Source of the DNA: a virus
Virus record (IMG/VR): IMGVR_UViG_3300033182_000769
Coordinates: 1-64,000 of that record
Reading direction: 5' to 3' (one strand)
DNA: 64,000 nt
Both the position numbers and the translations under genes were made by a program. Position 1 is the first letter of the stretch. Each line of letters starts with the position of its first letter. Shown here one piece after another: positions 51,287 to 60,460 of the stretch. The notes below the pieces were generated by a model that was not told where the DNA came from, ran no database searches, and saw only the letters and a program-made list of their open reading frames with translations.

Positions 51287-53875
51287 TTACTCTTGGTTTA
51301 AAAAACCATCTCCATAATACTGATCGTCAAACTGGTCAGTTCCCTGTGAACTTCCGGTTGTGGTCTCTTCGCCGCCGGGCGAGACCGGGGCAGGCGCAAC
51401 ACCAGAATTATTGTCTGTTGTATTCTTCTTAGGATTAGGTGCTGTCGATGTTGGCGGTTCTTTCTTATTACCAACTTTTGTAGGCATAGTGTTTTTCTTA
51501 TCAGGTTCAGCAAGAGATTGTTTTCCGTCATAGTCTTGTGCTTGTCCTGGCATTCTTATACAGTGTAAGGACTGTGTAAACTTTCCTTGGTTGAAGTGAT
51601 TTTCAACTGTTACAACTTTGTAAATTCCACTAAACGGACTTTCTTTTTGTTCTGGCGAAAATTTATACAAACCTTCTGTAAGATCTATATCTGCAGGTGT
51701 TCTAAAAGATAGGTAAATGAAAACGTCACCGTCTTCACAATTTGCCGTTCCGTCTACTGTCATTTGTTCAAACCCAAGCGCAGGTGCAGCGTGATAATTT
51801 GCAATACCATTATCAACGATCCAATAAGGGTCTCCTAAGATCTCTAAGTCAACTTTAACTAAGTCAGCACTTGTTCCATCAATAAATGCTTGATGGAACG
51901 CCTCGGCAACCATCTGCTCTGTGTCTCCTGTGGCTGCACCGCCTTTGTTTACTTTTTTCAACAAAGCAGGATTATTTCTAACTCTTGCTCTTCCTAAATT
52001 TGCCGTTTGTGCTTCCGGTGCGGTTCCTTGAGGAGCGGTTGTTTCTTTTCCTACGTCAGGAGCAGGACCTTGCTGATCAGGATTTACAACAGTTCTTGTA
52101 TTTGATTCTGGTGACGGGTTGCCACCTACGTAGAATAAATTATCTATCTGTATATCAAACCCAATTATGTCTGCATTCTGCCCCGTATAGATGTAGTCGT
52201 ATGACTTTGTAATTTTCTTCGCTAACTCTCCGTATCCAATTGGCATACTTGTTGGGTTAGAAAAAACTGTATGATGTACTTTGTACGGAACAACTCTGTA
52301 GATTATCTTACGAGCATAATCTCCAATAATGGGGTCAAAATCTAAGTACTCCATCTGGCCGTCAATCCTAAACCATGTAATCATACCGGCAGCATCAATT
52401 TCTGCATTAGTAATTGTTCGTTTTGCAAACAACGATGTTGTTACTACAGAATTAATAATTTCCATTATTGTCTGCGACTGGGAGAAATAGAAAGTTCGTT
52501 TTTCAACATCTATTTCCATCTTATCTCGTTTTAGTCGACCTGTCTTTTCGTCGACTACATCTTCAGGATGTTTAAAAACAAAGTTGCCGCCTGTTGTAGC
52601 ATCAAATCCAAAACCAGACTGGCCAAATGGGTTTTGACCGTATTGACCCGATAATCCTTCGTATGTACTTGCTGCTACTGCCGACCCTTTAATTGTAGTT
52701 GTTGAACTTGGAGTACTTGATGTTGTTGCTCCTTTTGTATCCGGTAGTGTTAAAACTGTAATCTCTGATGAGGCAGATGTTGGAAAATGAATTTCGTAAA
52801 CATCTGGTGAACCTATTTTTCCTTCATCCACTAAATTTTGTTCATTTTGATTAAGTTGCGCACACAGACTTTTTTCTCCAGAAACTAAAATTTCATCAAC
52901 AGTTCCGGTTCTTGTTGCTGTTAAACTGATGTCTTTATACATAGTTGCCATAACATCTGACATAGTTTGATGATTAGTTGGCACTGCCTGGATTGAATAA
53001 ACACATCCTCCTTCGTTGACATTAAATGTTGCTTTTGTTATGTACAAAACAAAATATTTAGGTTTTACAGTACTCAAAATTTTTCCTGTCTCACTCCATC
53101 CTTTGATGTCAAGTCTAAGTAGGAACGGTGCTGAAAAGTAATCCGGCCAGCCTGCTTTAATTGCGGCCACTTGTAAACTTTGAAGTAGCAATCCCATACT
53201 ATACGGTTCAATAACTTCAAAGTCAAACTTTATGGCGTTGGTGTTACCGGTTTTCGGTCCAGGAGCAATAACTGTTTTCATTTTAAAATTTTCAATATAG
53301 TACTCAGGTGAACCGTGTTTTGTATTTGTTCTAAGGTTGTCGCCACGTCCAGCACTTGAAAAAATAATGCTTGATTCAGAAACTGATCCTGTATCAATAT
53401 TGATATCAAAAAAGTCAGCAAACGATAAATCATCTGTTCTATATAACGACGGATTATTAAACTGTTCAGGTGTTAATACAGCCAGTGTCCATAAAGGTGA
53501 AAAAGATGCAAAGTGTTCTAATGGATTTTCAACAAGATTTTGTAGATTGTGTCTTGGGTTAGGGTGTGTCATGCCTAACTCTGCTTCTTCTACAGTTGGT
53601 TTTCCACCTACTATTTTATTAACTGCACTTTCAAAAACAGACCCTGTGGTAATTTTTGCTAATGCTTCGGGAAGATTTTTAGGAACTGCTGCAGGTATGT
53701 TTGGAGTTCCGTCTGGTTTTTTATTCTGATAAGCATCTAACTGAGATTGTGTACCATATACTCTTGCTTTTTGTCCGCTAATTGTTGTTTCAATATACGG
53801 CTTAGTTCTATCTATATTGAAGTTTACTGTTTGGCCATTACTTTGTAATCTACGTTCGATAAATTCGTCGGCCAT
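51287..53875 (-). CDS. Baseplate hub / tail protein (gp27-like C-terminus)
   Basis: C-terminal LEILGDPYW..FSGIYKVVTVENHFNQGKFTQSL; position between the gp53-like and gp5-like genes. Confidence 0.55.
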   Translation of the reverse strand: MADEFIERRLQSNGQTVNFNIDRTKPYIETTISGQKARVYGTQSQLDAYQNKKPDGTPNIPAAVPKNLPEALAKITTGSVFESAVNKIVGGKPTVEEAELGMTHPNPRHNLQNLVENPLEHFASFSPLWTLAVLTPEQFNNPSLYRTDDLSFADFFDINIDTGSVSESSIIFSSAGRGDNLRTNTKHGSPEYYIENFKMKTVIAPGPKTGNTNAIKFDFEVIEPYSMGLLLQSLQVAAIKAGWPDYFSAPFLLRLDIKGWSETGKILSTVKPKYFVLYITKATFNVNEGGCVYSIQAVPTNHQTMSDVMATMYKDISLTATRTGTVDEILVSGEKSLCAQLNQNEQNLVDEGKIGSPDVYEIHFPTSASSEITVLTLPDTKGATTSSTPSSTTTIKGSAVAASTYEGLSGQYGQNPFGQSGFGFDATTGGNFVFKHPEDVVDEKTGRLKRDKMEIDVEKRTFYFSQSQTIMEIINSVVTTSLFAKRTITNAEIDAAGMITWFRIDGQMEYLDFDPIIGDYARKIIYRVVPYKVHHTVFSNPTSMPIGYGELAKKITKSYDYIYTGQNADIIGFDIQIDNLFYVGGNPSPESNTRTVVNPDQQGPAPDVGKETTAPQGTAPEAQTANLGRARVRNNPALLKKVNKGGAATGDTEQMVAEAFHQAFIDGTSADLVKVDLEILGDPYWIVDNGIANYHAAPALGFEQMTVDGTANCEDGDVFIYLSFRTPADIDLTEGLYKFSPEQKESPFSGIYKVVTVENHFNQGKFTQSLHCIRMPGQAQDYDGKQSLAEPDKKNTMPTKVGNKKEPPTSTAPNPKKNTTDNNSGVAPAPVSPGGEETTTGSSQGTDQFDDQYYGDGFLNQE

Positions 53876-53876
53876 G

Positions 53877-54176
53877 TTAAACTCCTAAGTATTTTTCTAA
53901 GTTGCTCTTCTTTGGCAGATAAATTTGTGTTCCTGGAATAAAATCAAAAATAGGGTCTTTTAAAATGCTCATGTTTCTTTGAGCAAACACCCACCATAAC
54001 TTTTCATTTTCATATAAATCATATGCTAACAAGTCTGGTCTAAATTTGTATTGATTTTCAATAACGTATTTGTAATCACTATCTTCTGAGGGCACCGGGC
54101 GAATTCTTAATAGATCCAAGTATAATGCTGTTTCGCTTGTATTACTCCATGGTGAAGATTTTTTATAGGTTGCCAT
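53877..54176 (-). CDS. Baseplate wedge gp53-like LysM-type protein
   Basis: RPDLLAYDLY....LWWVF..RN..DPIFDF..G..IYLP motif. Confidence 0.75.
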   Translation of the reverse strand: MATYKKSSPWSNTSETALYLDLLRIRPVPSEDSDYKYVIENQYKFRPDLLAYDLYENEKLWWVFAQRNMSILKDPIFDFIPGTQIYLPKKSNLEKYLGV

Positions 54177-54177
54177 A

Positions 54178-55473
54178 TTATAAGTATCCTATTCTTCCAT
54201 TTTGAGCCATCTTTCCTGAAGCAAAATCTGCCAAGTTGAACTTTCTCATTCCTGCTCTGTTGTAAATTGGCGCTAATTGAACATTAATTGTGCTCAATGT
54301 AGGAACCATTGTGTTTGTTCCAAATGTATCACATTTAATATATTGTACATCTGGTGGTAAATCTACTGAAAAACTCTTTACAACAACAGGAACCCTGTCA
54401 AAAACACTTGCTCCGTATCCTGACAAATAACAAATTATTGGCGGGTTTCCTACTAAATCGCCCTGTCCATAAAACATCTTTGTTGCTGTACGGAAAAATG
54501 TTGTTGCGGCAATCCAGTACGCTGCATCCGCTGATGTCTCTGATGGGAACTGTCCGGAAATATTAATATCGTCCACTTGTGAGTTCTTATATGCGAGGAA
54601 AGGATAATTATTATGTGTAGGATCAATGCTTGAATAATTTGCACTTGTCGCAAGGTCTATAGTTGGCAGTATTGGAAATACAACACCGCCTGTTGATGAT
54701 AACCTGCTGAACAACGGGTTTTGGCCAAAATAAGACCACTCGCAAGTAATTTTAACACGCCAGTCGTCTTTAGTGCCGGGTGTTAATTTTATTTCTTGTC
54801 CTGAACTGTCAAATAATTCAGCGCCACTTGGGAGATTTATACCTCTTTTGAGACTTAATATATCATTTAACGAGCCTGCGGCTTTAGACAATCCAGAAGC
54901 AATGCCTTTTATCCCACCGGCTAAATCGCCGCCAGTTAGTTTACTTAAAGACGACGTTATTTCTGCGCCTCCCGGAAACTTTGATGCCAACGCAGAAGCA
55001 TCCGATGCAAGAGAAGATAAGGAAAATCCGTTACCGCTCGGTAAAGCAGACGACACAGGGTTAGAATCTGCTGCCAGGTATGAAGCATCACCCCAATCTA
55101 CATCTTCATCCCAATCGTCTTCATCGGACCCTGTAGCGCCGTTTAAGCCTGATCCAACACCGCCCGATAGTCTTGTAACTGCTTCATCTAACTTTACTTT
55201 GGATTCTGCTACGCCTGCGTCAATTGCGGCTGGTGCTTCTGATGCTACTGTCTGCACTTGTTCTGTGATTCCAGAAACAAGTTTAGCAAAAGGGTTTCCA
55301 GACAAACTAAATCCGCTACCGCCTTCGCCAAAGCCAAGGGCGTTAGTTAAACTTTCATTGAGCGCACGATTAGATGCCACTTGCTCTGCTGTGATTCCAT
55401 TCGGATCACCTGATTGTGCATTAATTCGTGCTGCTTCTTCTGCAGGAGTATTTGGATATGTTTTTTTGGCCAT
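54178..55473 (-). CDS. Tail tube initiator / baseplate gp48-54-like protein with low-complexity N-terminus
   Basis: GVVFP..P.I and GNPPIICYLSGYG..FDRVPVVVKSF tube-fold motifs; ATAAATA at 55501-55507 on -. Confidence 0.55.
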   Translation of the reverse strand: MAKKTYPNTPAEEAARINAQSGDPNGITAEQVASNRALNESLTNALGFGEGGSGFSLSGNPFAKLVSGITEQVQTVASEAPAAIDAGVAESKVKLDEAVTRLSGGVGSGLNGATGSDEDDWDEDVDWGDASYLAADSNPVSSALPSGNGFSLSSLASDASALASKFPGGAEITSSLSKLTGGDLAGGIKGIASGLSKAAGSLNDILSLKRGINLPSGAELFDSSGQEIKLTPGTKDDWRVKITCEWSYFGQNPLFSRLSSTGGVVFPILPTIDLATSANYSSIDPTHNNYPFLAYKNSQVDDINISGQFPSETSADAAYWIAATTFFRTATKMFYGQGDLVGNPPIICYLSGYGASVFDRVPVVVKSFSVDLPPDVQYIKCDTFGTNTMVPTLSTINVQLAPIYNRAGMRKFNLADFASGKMAQNGRIGYL

Positions 55474-55557
55474 TTTGGTAAAATTTCTTCCTTATTACTC
55501 TATTTATTTCAGTAATAATGTGCTATTATAATAACCTTAGGAGATTAATTAGAGACC

Positions 55558-56403
55558 ATGCAAAAAAGAGTAAACTATTTAAATAACAAAGACCTGTTAA
55601 AAGAAATACACAATTCTAAGAATACATTTTGTTCCTTTACAGAACCAGAATACCATAGATTTGATATTATCTTAGATGATATTGATAAAATTAATGTCAG
55701 AACAACTGCTGAAGCAAAACGTGCTCGAGCAAAACGACTATCACAAATTGCACACGAAGAAGCAATGATTGCTGCGGGTAAAAAATTACCTGCTAAAGAG
55801 TTTGAAATCGATTATAAAAAAGTTGCCAAGACTGATGTGATATTTCGTATCATGACGTTTGATCATATCCCAGAAGATCCTAAACGTAAAAAAACTAAAA
55901 AAACTGTTGCGGATCATCATGTCAAATTAAATTTTCCACCGTTTCAACACTGGAAGTTTGACGAAAACGACAATCTTATCTGTGTAGGTAAAAGTCACTG
56001 GGAGGGCGGTATGCACAACGGTCACTTCAATCCTAAAAAAGGACAAGCAACTAACGAACTTGCTAAGATGTGGATGAAATTGTGTGAAAGATACGCAACA
56101 CGTGGTAATGTTCGTGGTTATACCTATAATGACGAAATGCGAGGGCAGGCTATTTTACAATTAGCACAAATTGGTTTGCAATTTGACGAGTCTAAGTCAG
56201 ACAATCCATTTGCTTATTATACAGCCGCAGTTACTAATTCATTTGTTAGAATTATTAACATTGAAAAACGTAACCAAAACATACGTGACGATATTTTAGA
56301 AATGAATGGCTTAAATCCAAGTTGGACCAGACAAAATCAAGGTGTTGATGAGCGTGCCGCAGAACGTGCATACGCCGGAACAGATTCTTCCAATAACGAT
56401 TGA
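55558..56403 (+). CDS. gp55: gp55-like late sigma factor
   Basis: NYLNNKDLL, RGYTYNDEM and FDESKSDNPFAYYT..NSF; synteny upstream of gp47/gp46; AGGAG upstream. Confidence 0.75.
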   Translation: MQKRVNYLNNKDLLKEIHNSKNTFCSFTEPEYHRFDIILDDIDKINVRTTAEAKRARAKRLSQIAHEEAMIAAGKKLPAKEFEIDYKKVAKTDVIFRIMTFDHIPEDPKRKKTKKTVADHHVKLNFPPFQHWKFDENDNLICVGKSHWEGGMHNGHFNPKKGQATNELAKMWMKLCERYATRGNVRGYTYNDEMRGQAILQLAQIGLQFDESKSDNPFAYYTAAVTNSFVRIINIEKRNQNIRDDILEMNGLNPSWTRQNQGVDERAAERAYAGTDSSNND

Positions 56404-56428
56404 CAAACAACTATTTTGATAGTATAAT
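56400..56428 (+). promoter_or_regulatory. Sigma70-consensus promoter for gp47-gp46
   Basis: TTGACA (56400-56405), 17 nt, TATAAT (56423-56428). Confidence 0.85.
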
Positions 56429-56448
56429 ATTATAAGAATGGAGTAACT

Positions 56449-57462
56449 ATGCCATTATTTAAAAAAGCGGCTTGCTTTACAGATATACACTTTGGTATGA
56501 AAAGTGGTAGCCGCACACATAATAACGATTGTGAAAACTTTGTAAAATGGTTTTGCAAAGAAGCAAAAGATGCAGGTGCTGAAACTTGCATCTTTCTTGG
56601 TGACTGGCATCATAACCGTGCTACTACCGACGTAAGCACAATGAACTACACAGTTTCAAATCTCGAAAGACTAAATGAAACATTTGAAAAAGTATATTTC
56701 ATTTTAGGAAATCACGACCTATTCTACAAGGAAAAGAGAGAGATTAACTCTGTAGAATTTATGCGACTGTTTCCAAACATTATTCCTATTAGAGAACCGT
56801 TCACAGAAGGCGATGTTACTATCCTTCCGTGGCTTGTAGGTGATGAATGGAAAACTGTTGAAAAAGATACAAGCAAATATATGTTTGGGCATTTTGAATT
56901 ACCATCATTCTATATGAATGCTATGGTGCAGATGCCAGATCACGGAACACTACAAAAAACACATTTTAAAAATCAAGACTATGTCTTTAGTGGTCACTTC
57001 CATAAGAGACAAAGCAATAATAATATTCACTATATTGGTAATGCGTTTCCGCACAACTATGCAGATGCATGGGATGATGATCGCGGTATGATGTTGCTCG
57101 ATTGGGGCGGTGAACCAGAGTTTCGTACTTGGCCAAAGCAGCCTGTATATAGAACATATAAATTAAGTCGTTTGTTAGACGATCCTGACAGTGAGTTACG
57201 TGAAGGAATGCATTGTCGTGTCACTATTGATGTTCCTATTAGTTTTGAAGAAGCAAACTTTATTAAAGAAACATTAATTCCTCAATACAACTTAAGAGAA
57301 CTAATGCTTATCCCTGAAAAGGTAGAAGTTGAAGAACAAAACTCTACTCCTGTTGATATTAACTTTGAAAGCGTTGATACAATTGTTATGAATCAGATCG
57401 AAGCAATTGAATCAGATGCTTTTGACAAGAAAATGCTATTGGACATTTATAGACACCTATGA
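56449..57462 (+). CDS. gp47: Recombination nuclease, Mre11/SbcD-like
   Basis: DIHFG, GDWHH, GNHD, GHFE and SGHFH metallophosphoesterase motifs. Confidence 0.92.
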   Translation: MPLFKKAACFTDIHFGMKSGSRTHNNDCENFVKWFCKEAKDAGAETCIFLGDWHHNRATTDVSTMNYTVSNLERLNETFEKVYFILGNHDLFYKEKREINSVEFMRLFPNIIPIREPFTEGDVTILPWLVGDEWKTVEKDTSKYMFGHFELPSFYMNAMVQMPDHGTLQKTHFKNQDYVFSGHFHKRQSNNNIHYIGNAFPHNYADAWDDDRGMMLLDWGGEPEFRTWPKQPVYRTYKLSRLLDDPDSELREGMHCRVTIDVPISFEEANFIKETLIPQYNLRELMLIPEKVEVEEQNSTPVDINFESVDTIVMNQIEAIESDAFDKKMLLDIYRHL

Positions 57463-59234
57463 TCAAAATTAAGAATTTAACCGTAAAAAACTTTATGAGC
57501 GTGGGCAATCAAACTCAGGCCATTGACTTTGATAGAGGACATTTAACTCTTGTTTTAGGCGAGAATTTAGATTTAGGCGGAGATGACAGCGGTAGCCGTA
57601 ATGGCACTGGTAAAACTACAATCATCAATAGTTTAAGTTACGCAATATACGGTCAAGCACTTACAAACATTAAGCGTGATAATCTTGTCAACAAGATTAA
57701 CAACAAAGCAATGCTTGTTACTTGTACTTTTGAAAAAGACGGTGTTGAATATCATATTGAACGCGGTCGTAAACCTAATACACTTAATTTGTACATTAAC
57801 GGCCAGGAACAAGAAAATGACGATAGTGAAAGTCAGGGCGATAGTAGAGAAACACAGAAAGAAATTGAACAAATCTTTGGCATGAGCCATGATATGTTTA
57901 AACATTTAGTTGCCTTAAACACTTACACAGAACCATTTTTAAGTATGCGAGCAAATGATCAACGTATGATTATCGAACAGTTGCTTGGTATTACTATGCT
58001 GTCTGAAAAAGCAGACAACTTAAAAGAGCAAATTAAGCAAACAAAAGATGCTATTACTACAGAAAACACTCGCATCGAAACAATTAAAGCAAGTAATGAC
58101 AGAATTTCAGAAAGCATTGCTGGTTTAGAACGTAAGCAATCCTTATGGAAAACAACAAAAGAGAAATCAATCTTAGATTTACAAAAAGCAATTAAAGCCT
58201 TAGAGGCTATCAACATTGATGCAGAGATTGATGCTCACAGATGTTTAGATGATTACAACGAAAAGAAAAAACTAATTACCGAAGCGCAACGTTGGATTGC
58301 CAGCATTGAGGCAGATAACACAAAACAAGAAAATACTATTGCAAAATTAGATAAAGAGATTGCATTATTAAAAGAACACAAGTGTCATACTTGTGGACAA
58401 GAACTGCACGACCAGCAACAAGAAGAAATTTTAAAAAGTAAAGACGAACAAAAACAAGAAGCCGCATTACAACTTCTTGCTAATGAAACACAATGGCAAG
58501 AGCACACTGATGTTATTTCAAAGATTGGTGAATTAGAGCCATGTCCTGCTACTCAATACGACACACTCGAAGAAGCACTCAATCATCGCAGCACATTAGA
58601 AAGTTTACAAAAAGAAATTGAAACAAAACAATCAGAAACTAATCCTTATACAGAACAAATTGAAGAATTAAAAGAAAGCGCCATTCAAGAAGTTAGTTGG
58701 GATACTGTAAACGAACTTACTCGTGTTAAAGAACACCAAGACTTCTTGTTAAAACTGCTTACAAACAAAGATTCATTTGTACGTAAACGTATTATTGATC
58801 AGAACTTAGCATTCTTAAATCAGCGTTTAACGTATTACTTGGCAAAGATCGGTTTGCCACATATAGTGGAGTTTAATAATGATTTAACTGTGATAATTAC
58901 ACAGTTAGGTCAAGATTTAGACTTCGATAATCTATCAAGAGGGGAACGAAACAGACTCGTTTTAGCAATGAGTTGGGCATTCCGTGATGTATGGGAGAAT
59001 CTATATCAAAGCATTAACCTCTTATTCATTGACGAATTAGTCGACAGCGGTATGGATAGTGCCGGCGTTGAAAGTGCCATTGCGGTACTTAAAAAGATGA
59101 CTCGTGAAAGAGAGAAGAATGTTTTCTTAATTTCACACAAAGACGAGTTAATCAGTCGTGTAAACCAAGTTCTAAAAGTTATTAAGGAAAATGGTTTTAC
59201 AAATTATAGTACGGATGTAGAAATTTTGGAATGA
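57459..59234 (+). CDS. gp46: Recombination ATPase, Rad50/SbcC-like
   Basis: Walker A NGTGKTT, coiled coil with CHTC zinc hook, LSRGE signature, Walker B LLFIDE. Confidence 0.93.
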   Translation: MIKIKNLTVKNFMSVGNQTQAIDFDRGHLTLVLGENLDLGGDDSGSRNGTGKTTIINSLSYAIYGQALTNIKRDNLVNKINNKAMLVTCTFEKDGVEYHIERGRKPNTLNLYINGQEQENDDSESQGDSRETQKEIEQIFGMSHDMFKHLVALNTYTEPFLSMRANDQRMIIEQLLGITMLSEKADNLKEQIKQTKDAITTENTRIETIKASNDRISESIAGLERKQSLWKTTKEKSILDLQKAIKALEAINIDAEIDAHRCLDDYNEKKKLITEAQRWIASIEADNTKQENTIAKLDKEIALLKEHKCHTCGQELHDQQQEEILKSKDEQKQEAALQLLANETQWQEHTDVISKIGELEPCPATQYDTLEEALNHRSTLESLQKEIETKQSETNPYTEQIEELKESAIQEVSWDTVNELTRVKEHQDFLLKLLTNKDSFVRKRIIDQNLAFLNQRLTYYLAKIGLPHIVEFNNDLTVIITQLGQDLDFDNLSRGERNRLVLAMSWAFRDVWENLYQSINLLFIDELVDSGMDSAGVESAIAVLKKMTREREKNVFLISHKDELISRVNQVLKVIKENGFTNYSTDVEILE

Positions 59235-59458
59235 GCACTGAATCGCACGACGAAATGATCCATGCATTCCAAGAATATTTTAAATGGCAGGATCGATTTG
59301 AGTACCATGGCTCGGATGAGGCAGGTATTAAAGCACGATTTTGGCTCAGCGAAATACGAAATCAGGCGAGTATCAGGCGAGTAGAAATACAAGAAAAACG
59401 TAAGGCAAGAAAAGCAGCCAGAAAAGGCATGGTAGGGAGACCAAAAAAGCATAACTAA
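59231..59458 (+). CDS. Small protein with highly basic C-terminus (possible nucleic-acid binder)
   Basis: ATGA-coupled to gp46; C-terminus RRVEIQEKRKARKAARKG..GRPKK. Confidence 0.6.
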   Translation: MSTESHDEMIHAFQEYFKWQDRFEYHGSDEAGIKARFWLSEIRNQASIRRVEIQEKRKARKAARKGMVGRPKKHN

Positions 59459-59465
59459 TAGCGTT

Positions 59466-59921
59466 ATGCATTGGACCCACGAAGGCAAAATAGTAGACTC
59501 GATTTCCGACGAATACGAAGGTTTCGTCTATCTCATAACAAATCTAAAAACCGGGCAAAAATATATAGGCAAAAAACTTGCTAAATTTAAAACTACTAAA
59601 CCACCACTCAAAGGACGAAAAAACAAACGTCGAGGCACAAAAGAAAGCGATTGGAAAACCTATTGGGGTTCTTCAGATCGTTTAAACGCAGATGTCCAAG
59701 CATTAGGCCCGGAAAACTTTACCAGAGAAATACTTTATTTTTGCAAAAACAAGGCAGAGATGTCCTACATAGAGGCAAGAGAACAGTTTGACCGCCGTGT
59801 ATTAGAAACAGATGATTATTATAACGGTATTATAGCAGTGAAAGTAGGCGGTTCAGATAAACTTAGAAAAGCACTTTTAGAACAATCAATCAAACAAAAG
59901 GCAAAAAACACTACCAAATAA
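59466..59921 (+). CDS. GIY-YIG endonuclease, Seg-like catalytic domain only
   Basis: GFVYLITN....KYIGKK, WKTYWGSS, FTREIL, E and YYN motifs. Confidence 0.8.
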   Translation: MHWTHEGKIVDSISDEYEGFVYLITNLKTGQKYIGKKLAKFKTTKPPLKGRKNKRRGTKESDWKTYWGSSDRLNADVQALGPENFTREILYFCKNKAEMSYIEAREQFDRRVLETDDYYNGIIAVKVGGSDKLRKALLEQSIKQKAKNTTK

Positions 59922-60189
59922 GCCCGCACCGGCGCAGTTATGGTGCCCTGAATCCCTTCTGATGTGAGAGGGTAAGGAATCTGGTTGGTAGCAGAGAACT
60001 CAGCCACTACCCGTAATGGATGAGGATCGCTTAAACCCTGCGATTTGGCTGTTTGATAGGAATGTTAAAAGGTAAAAAGAGAGTAGAGAATACTCAGGCT
60101 TATTATAGAAGTCAGCGTTTTTATAATAAGTTGCCGTTGTACGTAAGATACGAGGACGGGTTGAGCAGGTAACGGACAACCGCCTGCGC

Positions 60190-60256
60190 AATGTGCAATA
60201 ATTTGCACATTATAGTACAAAAAGTACATTAATGTGCATATTTTTGCACATTATAG
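60190..60256. repeat. Two 26-bp direct repeats, each containing the inverted repeat AATGTGCA-N6-TGCACATT
   Basis: 60190-60215 AATGTGCAATAATTTGCACATTATAG and 60231-60256 AATGTGCATATTTTTGCACATTATAG. Confidence 0.9.
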
Positions 60257-60460
60257 ACCTAACGCTGTTGTGAACTGGGGAACACAGATAATGTTCAAAA
60301 CCCTTTGAGCCCGGCAACGGGCTTATTGTGACTGAAGAATCAAGATAATGCTAAAACTGCTTCGCAGTTAATATTTCTCCCACATAAAACATTTCACATC
60401 TTGCACATCTTGCTAATTATTAGAGAAGAGAAAGTGGCGCTTGAGCAAAGCGAAAAGCGC

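Noticed and set aside
54773-55531. 252-aa + strand ORF
   Set aside because: Antisense shadow of the low-complexity Gly/Ser/Ala N-terminus of 54178-55473; no RBS or recognisable motifs
59669-59676. 8-nt complementarity between TTCTTCAG in the GIY-YIG gene and CTGAAGAA in the second repeat unit (60332-60339)
   Set aside because: An 8-mer match is expected by chance in a window of this size
59819-60191. Two 62-63 aa - strand ORFs over the structured region
   Set aside because: Short, atypical composition, no RBS; the region is better explained as non-coding
60190-60256. Possible mini-CRISPR array
   Set aside because: Only two repeats, a 15-nt spacer and no cas genes
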